DNA from: Camelus ferus
Taxonomy: Eukaryota
Length of the DNA: 64,000 nt
Assembly (NCBI RefSeq): GCF_009834535.1
Contig: NC_045697.1
Span: 99,140,001 to 99,204,000 of the forward strand
Reading direction: 5' to 3'
Part shown: one piece after another, positions 11,372 through 22,854 of the stretch
Position numbering within the stretch: the stretch's first letter is position 1
Layout of the letters: every line of letters starts with the position of its first letter
Notes under the pieces: generated by a model
What the model was told of the DNA's origin: nothing
The model's database searches: none
What the model saw: the letters and a program-made list of their open reading frames with translations, nothing else
Translations under genes and position numbers: made by a program

Positions 11372-14300
11372 AAAACACAACCTCACAAAATCTATAGGAT
11401 GCAGCAAAGGAAGTCTAAGAGGGAAGTTCCTAGTGATATAGGCCTTCCTCAAAAAACAAGAATGGTTCAAGTAAACAACCTAACCTATCACCTAAAAGAA
11501 GTAGAAAAAGAGGAGAAAATGAAACCTAAAGTCAATAGAAGAAAGGAAACAATAAAGATCAGGGAGGAAATAAATAGAGATTTTAAACAATAGAAAAAAA
11601 TTCAAATCAAGAGCTGCTTTTTTTTTGAAAGAATAAACAAAATTGACAAACCTCTGACCAGGCTCACCAAGAAGAGAGAGAACATAAATAAAATAAGAAA
11701 GGAAAATGGAGAAATTACAACCAATACCATAGAAATACAAAAAACCATAAGAGATACTATGAACAACTACATGAAAACAAATTGGACAACCTAGAAGAAA
11801 TGGAAAAGTTTCTGGAAACATACACAACCAAGATTGAATCAAGAAAAAATAGACTACTTGAACAGACTAATCACTAGAAATGAAATAGAATCAGCGATAA
11901 AAAAACATACCTACAAACAAAATTCTAGGACCAGATGGCTTCACTGGGGAATTCTACCAAACATACAAAGAACTCATACCAATCCTTGTCAAACTCTTCC
12001 AAGAGATTGAAAAGGACAGAGTACTCCCAAACTCATTCTGGGAAGCCACCATCACCCTGATACCAAAACTAAAGACACTATCAAAAAAGAAAATTACAGG
12101 CCAATATCACTAATGAAAATGGATGCAAAAATCCTCAACAAAATATTAGCAAACAGAATCCAACAACACATAAAAAAGATTATACACCATGATCAAGTTG
12201 ATTTCATCCCAGGGACGCAAGGATAGTTCAACATATGCAAATCAATCAATGTGATATACTACATTAACAAAAGAAAGGACAAAAATCACATGATCACCTC
12301 AATAGATGCAGAAAAAGCATTTGATAAAATTCAACACCCATTTATGATAAAAACTCTAACCAAAGTGGGTATAGAAGGAACATATCTCAACATAAATAAA
12401 GGCTATTAATGACAAACCCACAGCCAGCATAGTACCCAATGGTGAAAAACTGAAAGCCTCCCCACTAAAATCTGGAACCAGACAAGGATGCCCACTGTCA
12501 CTTCTACTCAACATAGTCTTGGAAGGCCTAGCCACAGCAATCAGGCAAGAGAGAGAGATAAAAGGGATCCAAATTGGAAGAGAAGAGGTAAAATTATCAC
12601 TATGTGCAGATGACATGATATTATATATAGAAAACCATAAAAGCTCCATGCAAAACTACTAGATCTGATAAAAGAATTAGGCAAGGTAGCAGGGTACAAG
12701 ATTAACATACAGAAATCAGTTGCATTTCTTCACACTAACAATGAATCAACAAGAAAAGAAAGTAAAGAAATTATCTCTTTTAAAATTGCACCCAAAACAG
12801 TAAAATACTTAGGAATAAATCTGACCAAGGAGGTGAAAGTCTTATATGTGGAGGACTACAAAGCATTGATTAAGGAAATTAAAGAAGACTTAAAGAAATG
12901 AAAAAATAGCCCATGCTTTTGGATTGGAAGAATCAATATTGTTGAAATGGCCATACTGCCCAAGGCAATCTACAGATTTAATGTGATCCCTATCAAATTA
13001 CCCAGGACAATTTTTACAAAATTAGAATAATCCTAAAATTTATATGGTATCATAGAAGACCCAGAATTGCCAAAGCAATACTGAAGAAAAAGAACAAAGC
13101 TGGAGGAATAACCTTCTCAGACTTCAGACAATACTACAGAGCTACAGTAATTAAAAGAGCATGGTATTGGCATAAAAACAGACATATGGATCAATGGAAC
13201 AGAATAGGGGGCCCAAAAATAAACCCACAGACCTACAGTCAACTAATCTTCGACAAAGGGGGCAAGAATATACAATGGAGAAAAAGTCTCTTCAACAAGT
13301 GATGCTGGGAAAACTGGACAGCAGCATGTAAATCAATGAAGTTACAACACTCTCTCACTCTATACACAAAAATAAATTCAAAATGATTCAAAGACTTAAA
13401 TATAAGACAAGACACAATAAATCTCCTAGAAGAGAACATAGGCAAAACATTCTCTGACATAAATCTTGGCAATGTTCTCCTAGCACAGTCTATCCAGGCA
13501 ATGAAAATAAAAGCAAAAATTGAAAATGGGACCTAATTAAACTTATAAGCTTCTGCAAAGCAAAGTAAATAAAATAAGTAAAATAAAAAGACAACCTATG
13601 GAATGAGAGAAAATATTTGCAAGTGATGTGACTTACAGAGGCTTAATTTCCAGAATATATAAACAAGTCATACAACTTAACAACAACAACAACAAAAATA
13701 ACCCAATCCAAAAATGGGCAGAAGACCTAAAACAAGTAACTCTCCAGTGAAGACCCACAAATGGCCTACATGCACATGCAAAAATGCTCAGTATCATTAA
13801 TTATCAGAGAAATGCAAATCAAAACTACAATGAGGTATCACCTCACACCAGTTAGGATGGCCACCATTCGAAAGTCCACGAATGATAAATGCTGGAAAGG
13901 ATGTGGAGAAAAGGGAATCCTCCTGCACTGCTGGTGGGAATGCAGTTTGGTGCAGCCACTATGGAAAACAGTCTGGAGGTTCCTTAAAAAACTAAAAACA
14001 TAGTTACCATATGATCCAGCAATCCTACTCCTGGGCATATATCAAGAGAAAACTCTAATTCAAAAAGTCACATGCACCCCAATGTTGATAGCAGCACTAT
14101 ATACAATAGCCAAGACATGGAAGCAACCTGAATGTCCATAGACAGATGACTGGATAAAGATGTGGTTATACATACACAATGGAATATTACTCTGCCATAA
14201 AAAGAATGAAATAATGCCATCTGCAGCAACATGGATGGACCTAGAGATTATCATGTTAAGTGAAGTCAGACAGGGAAAGATAAATATCATATGAATATCA

Positions 14301-14612
14301 TTTATATGTGGAATAAAAAATACAAATGAACTTATTTGCAAACTGAAAACAAACTTCCATAGAAAACAAATTATGGTTGCCAACGGGGAAAGGGATTGGG
14401 AGGAGGGGTAAGTTAGGAGTTTGGGATTAACATATACACACTACCATACATAAAATAAACAACAAGGACCTACTGTATAGCCCAGGGAAATCCTGTAATA
14501 ACCTTTAATGGAAAAGGACCTAAGAAAGAAATATATATGTAAATGTTTAACTGAATCACTTTGCTGTACACCTGAAACACATTTTAAATCAACAATACTT
14601 AAAAAAAAAAAA
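11372..14612 (+). mobile_element. LINE-1 element C, remainder of ORF2, 3'UTR and poly(A)
   Basis: Resumes ORF2 (aaatctataggatgcagcaaa). RT motifs and the C-terminal CCHC knuckle ([19 protein letters not shown]) are present. A12 tail at 14601-14612. Confidence 0.95.
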
Positions 14613-14899
14613 TGGGCCCACCAGCATATCAAAACTTTGTATCTTTAAAAACGTCTGAATTACAGAATGTTTCCTTTGTTCTAATTCTATTGTCACCAAG
14701 GCAACCCCTTGATGATTTAATTCCTATAAATCTGGCTACAGGGAGCAAACATGTTGGCCATAGAGATGTGAGTTTCTGATTTGTGACAGTTACAAATTTT
14801 TTTTTTGTGTATTAGTCAATTGCCCGACTTAATTTTTAGAAATCAGATTCTCTGCCTCAAAAGGAATTTTCGATGTTACGGACAAAAGGATGGAGAAGA

Positions 14900-15305
14900 A
14901 CTTTTCTGTTAAGAGTCTTAAGAGGCATAAAAACCAAATAGCAAAGTGCGATCCTTGATCAAATCCTGGTTAGAGAAAAACAGCTCTGGAAGATATTTGG
15001 GAGATAACTAGGACAATTTGAATAAGAAGAATTAGATATTAGGGAATTGTGTTAGATGAGATAGTGATGTGACTAGGGAAGAAAATGCCCTAATTCTTTG
15101 GAGTCGCATGCTGAGGGAATGAGGGGTGAAGTGGCTGGGTGTATATGAAATGCTTGCTTTGAAACAGCTCCACAAAATACATACACAAAACATACATGGC
15201 AAAGCGTTAACAACTATCAAATCAAGTCGGTAAGTGTATATTTGTTCATTGTACTAGTGTTTCCAATTTTCTGATTGTTTGAAATGTTTGTAATAAAAAA
15301 GTTAA
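14900..15305 (+). mobile_element. Old L1 (L1M-type) 3' end fragment
   Basis: Resembles ancient L1 3' ends (gatcaaatcctggttagagaaaaa...ttgtttgaaatgtttgtaataaaaaagtt). Confidence 0.6.
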
Positions 15306-16578
15306 AGAATCTGAAGCAAATTTAAGACCTAAAGTCACATTCTTGGTAGCTCTGAAGACTTTTTGTGTTCAGCCTGTATGCCTGGCCTGGGACGTGGGGG
15401 GTTGGGGGGATGGAGCCGCAGCATTAGCGCTGGCCCAGCAGCTGTCCTGGATGTGGCAGGGACACTTGGGCACCAAGTGTGTGAACGCTGCCTTAATTAC
15501 CTCTGCCTATTGTTTGAAATGAGACAGGTGTCTGTGGTAGCTTGTCCAGAGGACACCGGCATGGAAATCAAATGTCCCTAAGGACTTAAAGAAAGTAGCC
15601 TAGAGGAGAAAACTAAAGAGGAAAAAAATGGAAAGAAAACAGAAAGATGAAGGACTGGTTATGCAAACAATTAGCCCCGCTCTCTTCCAAGGTGTTTATC
15701 CTCCCCTGCTTTTCTTTGTAGGGTTGGAGGTAGATGGGGTGTGGCCACAAAAGTCACCAGTAAGGAACAACATCAGTTCATTTGTTTTTTAACCTTTTTT
15801 CTCCAGACACAGTCCGCCTTCAAAAGAATGGTCAATGGCAGAGAGAGCTCCTTTAATGCTTTTGAATATTCCTTAAATTTCAGCAGTAAAATACCTCCTC
15901 CTCATGGAGGCAGATGCCTAGTGACTTCCTAGAAAGATGATTGTTCTCTTCCTCTTTCTTCCCCCATTACACACTTGCTGTGCTGGGATTTTATAAAGGT
16001 CAACAGGATTACAAATAAGGAGTTATGTTAAAGGAGAAAGGTATTCCATTCATCTAGTGCAGTCAATAAAAATGTGTGTTATAATTAATTAGGATGAGAA
16101 GGAATACTCCACCTCTCTCAGAATTCATGTTTTAATTTTGTTGTCAGCCTTCCCACCCCCACCCTCGAATCGGTTAATTTTTGATCTGATGTCACTAAGC
16201 CCATTTTGTGGGGACCAGGCTCAGTGTCGCATTGTTTTCTCCATGGTGTTATTTGCCAGCTGGCCTGGGACCACAGCGTACCACGGGGAGGGGCTGGCCT
16301 CTTCCTTAGTCAGGTTCATTCTTTCCCTTGGCTTGTACATATTAAAACTCACCTCTGTTTTGGAATCATTTTTGATGATAAACTTAGTCTGTTCTGGAGG
16401 CCTCTTTTTCTGCTTCACCCAGTTTTCAAATGTGTTGTTTTACCATGCCTTTAAAGTTTGATAGAAGGCCTTACATCAGGTCTTCTAGAAGTGGAGGAGT
16501 GGATTCACATGTGTGTCATTTGTTAATGAAGGCTCCCAGGAGGGGAAAACACAGGGAGTTGGGGAAACAAGGCAGAAA

Positions 16579-17044
16579 AGTTACTGAACACAAGTTTGTG
16601 TGCCTGACACACAGTGAGGCCAAACAAACTGAAATTTTGGAGTCTGGAGCAGAGAAAAGTTTATTGCAGGGCTGAGCAAGGAGGACGGGTGATTCATATC
16701 CCAAAAAACCCTGAACCCCTCGAAGGGTTTCAGAAAAGCATTTTTAAAGGCCAGGTAAGGGAGGGGTGGCCCAGGGTCTGTGATCAGCTGTGAACAATTC
16801 TGATTGGTTGATGGTGAGGTAACAGGGTGGTTAACATTATCAATCCTCAGGCGCCAGAAGGTCTGGGGGCTATGTGCTCATGATCATCAAGTAGTTAATT
16901 TCTTCCACTTGGTGGTGGTTTTTAGCATTTGAAAAACTCAGGTCATACGCATGAGATACTATTATCAGAGAAGAGCTACAGCAGAGGTTTGTCTGGGGGA
17001 GGGATCTGTCCTGGGAAGGCCCCATAGCATCCTGCTAGGTTACA
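16579..17044 (-). repeat. 3' LTR of the ERV
   Basis: Homologous along its length to 21667-22129. Minus-strand AATAAA at 16660-16665, CCAAT motif (ctgattggttg) and an adjacent polypurine tract. Confidence 0.9.
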
Positions 17045-17410
17045 AATCCCCACTTTTCTTTGATACACCTCAATCTTGAGAACAGGTGTTGGACAGGAAA
17101 GGGAATGTTTTGGACAGAGAAGTTCATCATAAACTCCGCAGAGGAAACTGGTTTTAGGAGGACTCAGTTTCAATCTCCAATACTGTTTCATCCTTCCCAC
17201 ATCTTTCAGGGAATGGGGCGACAACCAATCTACCTACTTCCTAATGAAACAGGGCACAGTCTTGCTTCAGTTTGGGGAATGGACACCGAATTGGAAATAT
17301 TCCCGAATTTCAAGTCCTGGATCTGAGTCTTAAGATCTCAGTCCCTTAAATCCATCCTTTTTGTACCAACACGAAGGAGAATAAATAAAATGGCTGCACT
17401 CAGGCTAACA

Positions 17411-17961
17411 GATTGCTCATTCTTATGCTTGCCCTTAAAACGGTCAACTAACCTGACTGACTGGTTGCTACTCACAGCTCCAGGCCCATTGTTAAAATAA
17501 AGCTATTAATTTTCCTGTTTCTACTTTATTCCAGTAATCGAAAGTAATCATGCTTGATCTCTTGAGTTGTTCTCCAGGGAGAAGGTCATGGGGCTGTAAC
17601 CTTACAAAATAGCCTGAATTACCAAGAAGACCACGCCTTGGACACGTACAAGATTAAGAGATCGGAAGAGTGACAACCACTAGCCTCTACAGAATTGGTC
17701 ACCTGGAGACAACATGACGTCACTGAGTCTTATGAGAAGAAAATAATTGTTGATTGTTATTGATGCTTTATTGTTTGAGCCATGGCTATATAACCACCCC
17801 ACCCCACCCCCAAGGTGGGCTCACAGTTGTGAAGGCACTAGCCTGCGGTGAGTCCCCTTTGCCCGGCAAAGCAATAAAGCTGCCTCTTTTCTTCTAAGCT
17901 CTAAGACCCTGTCTCTGAGTTATTTGGCTCATCAGGGATGGGGGCTGATCTTTCAGCAACA
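17411..17961 (+). mobile_element. Solo LTR of a different family nested in the ERV interior, opposite orientation
   Basis: TATA-like ctatataa at ~17786, AATAAA at ~17873, and a terminal ...agcaaca. The degenerate left end gattgct mirrors it. A 4-bp aaca flanks both sides (17407-17410, 17962-17965). The left boundary is less certain. Confidence 0.65.
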
Positions 17962-20900
17962 AACAGACCCAATTTAGAAGTAGTTGGAGGAGTGACAACC
18001 GAAACTTTAATAGACAAAATGCATCTCATTCTCTGAGGAATTCAGGAGAGTAAGCCTGAAAACCTGTCTGGACCTGGCACTTCTGGGGAGACTTGTAGCC
18101 AGCTGTCTACTTTTCTCTGAGTAGGTTTTAACTTCTGATGTGGTGTTAGCATATACATAATAGGAGCCACTGACCATTACGTATGTCTTCTTTTTTTTGC
18201 GAACATAGGATCTAAAACAATTTTATTGTCTAAAAATTTAATAGTTACAAGAGAAGAACTTTAGGTCATAAGGTTGCAGCTGCCATCTACCAGCAGACAC
18301 TGCATTGAGAATGGCTGGTGGCATCCTGAGTGTGACACAGCTCAGAAAATGCGAGTTCTCAACAACACAGGCATGGGCCTGAAACTGTGTGCACAATGGC
18401 CACCTAGTTTTATCTTGAATGTCTGAACCACAGTTACCCCATTTTGACTTTCAAATGCATTCCCCTCCTCAAAGACAAAGGAGATGTACAATCCATGTCC
18501 AGAGGGCCATAAAAGAGACCGCTTTGGTCAGTAAAGTTTTAAGTTAAACCACTCATAGCCAGATTGACTTCCCCATACCTCAATTCGTGCATGTTTTTCC
18601 ATCATTTCCCCTTTTGATTGTAAATCTTTCAGTAGAAAGCACTGATGGTCAAAATATCTGTCCCACGATGCTGGGCTGGTAGCTCCTGCCCCAGGTTCAG
18701 ATCATGTCCCTTGGGGCCAGGCCTCCTCTTTATTTGCCTATGTATCCACTTTGGAGGAAAACTAATCAGATGTTCAGAACAGGCTCAGATATGTTAATGG
18801 GGAAACACTTTATAGGCGATACATTTTATCACTTATGCCCAATTGTCACACAAGCTTTCTACATGTCCTTTTAGCAACAGACTTAAAGAAAGTATTGTCA
18901 TTCATCATGATTAGTTCTACACTGTGACAACCCCATTAGAGAATTCTTTCTATCCTAAACATGGGGGGCAACAGTGTGAAATCAGAGTTTTCATTAGACC
19001 TTTTAAATATCTTACCCAGTTCAGCAATATGATTTAAAAGAAAGCTGTGCTTGTCAAAAAGTCCTTTTTGTGAATCTTCTTGAAGATGAAGCAGTTTTGC
19101 AAAGCATCAGCTTTAACTGGCTATGAATGACAAAGGACTTAAAAAAGCAAGGTTAAAGATCTGCTTACAATGTTTTTGACAAAGAATCTTAAGTTGCTGT
19201 GACATTCAACATTTCAAGATAATTAGAATTATGACTGATAGCATTATACCGGGACATACCTAAATTTCAGAGACTTTAATTTCTAGAATGTCTATATTAA
19301 TAACATTTATCCATATGGTATAATCTGAGAAGGCTTATCACTCATTTGACAATGCTTCCCATATAATTTAACATACCAACCAATCCTAGTTAAACATTTT
19401 TCTCTGAGATGCCTCAGGGGCCCTCTGAAGCATCCCAAAGTTAGCTGAAGTCAGAAGAACTTTAATTACAATTTGACAGGAAGTTTGTCAAAATACCAAA
19501 AAGTTTCACACAATCTGTTATCAGAAACACTCTGAGTAAACTTTGTTCTCCTAATAGAGGAACAAAACCTAGTCCTGCACCAGCTTACTTTTAATGACAA
19601 AATCCACTTACCCAATTAAAAGTTTAATCTCAGCCCAACCATGCACAAAACTCTGTTTTCAAGGCTCCCTTTCTACAACTTTCTGTATCCACATTAGTTT
19701 GTCCTCCCCACCCCCACCATCTAGAAGCAACCAGCTCCAGAACCAAATCACTGTTTTTCCCTTAACAAAGTGCAATTCCATTCCTCATACCTTTTACTCA
19801 AAACATATCCTACTTTCCTAATGTATACTGAAGTGTTTCCTTTACTATATTTGTAGTAGCTTTAATGACATTTAAATTAGAATTCACAACTCTAAAAACC
19901 TTAATTTCTAGTGAAACCCAAGAAGCAAGCAATTATGAACTTCCTTCACAGTGGCACCAAACATATTTAATAACAGTCCTAAACACCTTTTGTCTTTCAA
20001 TGTTCAATAAATAATGTTTTAGTATCTTATTTTGTTTGGGAGTGATCTATTCAATAAACTTAATTTAGTACAACTCTAAAATTTCAACTTATCAAATATC
20101 TGGAGAGATCATTTTTAAGTAGACATTACTAAAACATAATTATTTCTGAAGAGTTCACCCAAAAGCTCTTATCTCATTTGCATTTAATTTACTTATAAGA
20201 ATTTCACCATACCGAGTTTATTTTTTTCTTTCTGCTGACAAACTCTGTAACAGAAATAAACTTATGGACCTTGAGTAAATCCAGCTGCAATGAACGACAT
20301 GTCTGTATTGATTATACCAACAAGCTTAAGCTAGCTTTAATAGCAGGTATTAATTCAATATTAAATATTTCTTAGATTATGTGAACCTGAAATTTGTTGT
20401 CTAGCTTCTTTTATACTTAGAAGTATAAGTATATATAAGCACTTGTAAGTGCTTACTTTTAAGTCAAATAGTTACTTTACAAATTAATTTTCACATAAAG
20501 ACAGAACCAGAGATCTCAAGAGTTTTTCCCCTTTTGGACACAGGTATTGAGACGCTCACACATTTCCCCCCAGATAAAAGCCAGATTGCTAAAGGCCCAC
20601 TTTAATACACTAACAGAGCCATTAGGGTGCACTGTTCTCCAAATCTCAGTGGGTACTGAGCCCACACAGTGTTACAATTAAAAATATCATTTTCTTTCAC
20701 TTATGGGAGCATAGCTGAAGATCTCCCAGTTTTGCAAAATATACCCTAGGGGCACGGTAATTATTCATGGCCGAGATTATCAGATATCAAGCACACAACA
20801 ATTCAAACCAGTCTCTTAGATTCTCAGTTCTCTAGCCCCAAAACGGAAATTCCCAACCAATGCACCATCAATTTAAAAGGGGGAGAACCCCAACCAGCGC

Positions 20901-21666
20901 CCCATCAGAGATGAAGCTAAATGAAAGACCAAGGCTAGAAAGGGGAAAAAAAAAAAATCAGGTGAAGCCAACGCGATAGGGATATGCTGGTGTCATCACA
21001 CGTGAGCTCCGTTACTTGCCAAAGACATCTCAATCCACCAATGTAAGTACTGACACACGCACAAACAACAAACATGGTCCCACAAAAGATCTCCTGAAAG
21101 AGAATGGACCCACAGTGGTTCCCATTGAGCCCAGAATGGCTCACTTCCCAGAAGGGAATGAGCCCAGGGTGTGTGGGTAGAATTTCCCCAATCTGCCCAA
21201 GCCAGAGTGGCTCACCCCAAAACAACACACTCAAAAACACAAACAACAAATAAACTACGATCACATAGAAAATCAGAGGAGGTATAGTTTAAAAATTCCA
21301 CCTCCACTCCCAGATGAGGCCTCCAAACTGAAGGGCCCAGCTCCCGAAACAAAACAGAACCAGAGTGGCTCGCAATGAGCCCAGAGCGACTCACTTCCCG
21401 CAACAGGATGAACCCAGATGGGTGGAGAGAATTCCCAGCCTGAGCAAGCTGGAGCCACTCACCCCCAGGCGCCAACGACCGTGGACCGCAGCTCCGATGT
21501 GTCTCGGCTCCAAACAGCTTTGTACTGGGGAAGCTGGCCTGTTGGGGAGAGTCCTTCCTGGTTCCCTGGAGCGAAGTGAGCTGCAGCAGCTGCAGGACCT
21601 AGGGAAGGGGCCCCAGGCTGGGACTGACCTGCCAGAGCACGGCCTCCTCGCTGGCTTCTCCAAAAC

Positions 21667-22129
21667 TGTTACTGTATGCAAGTTTTATGTGTCCCATGCA
21701 TAGTGAGGCCAAACAAACCGAGAAGTCGGAGACCAGAGCAGAGAAAGGTTTACTGCAGGGCCGAGCAAGGAGAATACGTGGCTCATGGCTAAAAACCCAA
21801 ACTCCTCAAAGGGTTTCAGCTGAGCATTTTCAAAGGCCACGTGAGAGAGGGGCGGCCCAGAGTCTGCAATCAGCTCGTGCACAATTCTGATTGGTTGATG
21901 GTGAGGCAACAGGGCGGTTAACAGTATCAGTTCTTAAACTGATAATGGTCTGTGGGCTATGTGCTAAGAAGAACCAAGTAGTTAATTGCTTCCATTTGGT
22001 GGTGGTTTTTAGCATCTGAAAAACTCAGGAAATATGCATGAGTTACTATTATCAGAGAGGACCTACAGTAGAGGTTATGGGGGTGGGGTCTGTCCCGGGA
22101 AGGCCCCCATAGGGTCCTGCTTGCCTACA
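21667..22129 (-). repeat. 5' LTR of the ERV
   Basis: TG...CA termini (tgttactg...cctaca), homology to 16579-17044, and an adjacent PBS-like sequence. Confidence 0.9.
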
Positions 22130-22330
22130 AAAGAGCAAAAAGCCAAGCAAGGCGGCACCTTCTGGTAATTCCCAGCCTCTGCCTGATCCTGAAGGGGAGC
22201 TCAGAACAGAAATCCTATCTCAGGGTTTCTCCAGGCAAGTTAACTGGGCTCTCTCGTTCCTGCACCAGGAGGTCACTGACTAACAGCAATCTGGAGAGAT
22301 ATAAACTGCTAAGCACCGTTCAGCTCTCTG
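22130..22330. mobile_element. Probable old MaLR (MLT1-type) LTR split by the ERV (other part ~16480-16578)
   Basis: The sequences on the two sides of the ERV read as one continuous purine-rich MLT-like stretch (cagcctctgcctgatcctgaaggggagctc). Confidence 0.4.
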
Positions 22331-22854
22331 TGGGTGGTGCTGGCTACGCCAGGCCCTGGCACGAGGCCGTCCTCCAAAGAGGTGCAGCTGGGCTGGCAAC
22401 ATTGCGGCACACATGGTGTGCGTGCGTGTGCGTGCGTGTGTGCGTGCGCACCGATAGTGTCAAGGCCCCGTTGTTACTTTCCCCAATATATTCCTTGGGT
22501 TTTCTTCCTTTTCTAAATAAGGAGTTTACTATCAATTTTCCAAATTCTCAGAATGAACCAGGTGGAATTTGAATTGTCACAGTACTGAGTCTACAGATGG
22601 ACTTCAGTCTAAAGCTGACTTTCCTCTCCTACCTCTGCCACATCCCCTAGAGTGCAAATAGAGAACGTTTTAGTTGTGCTGTTGAATTAAAAAGGCTGGG
22701 GATGACCGATAGATCTCTACTGTTACACAAATGTTTAAATAATATCAAAAATTTGAAACAAGAACTGCAGTTAATCAATTAAAACCCAGGCGTAATACAT
22801 TTGCTTAATTAAGATTAGAGCAGCAGCGACAGACCTAAAATAAACTAAACGTTG

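Larger units (their letters stand above)
16579..22129 (-). mobile_element. Non-coding two-LTR endogenous retrovirus (ERV1-like)
   Basis: Direct repeats at 16579-17044 and 21667-22129. PBS-like tggagaagccagcgaggag follows the 5' LTR and a polypurine tract aaagaaaagtgggga precedes the 3' LTR on the minus strand. Possible 4-bp TSD aaag. The AT-rich interior has no gag/pol/env-sized ORF. Confidence 0.88.

Noticed and set aside
4996..14612. Retrotransposition-competent L1
   Set aside because: ORF1 and ORF2 of every element carry stops or frameshifts, and C is interrupted by D.
17045..21666. Retroviral gag/pol/env coding sequence
   Set aside because: There is no ORF over ~112 aa and no recognisable retroviral motif in the translations. 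Very decayed remnants cannot be excluded without TBLASTN.
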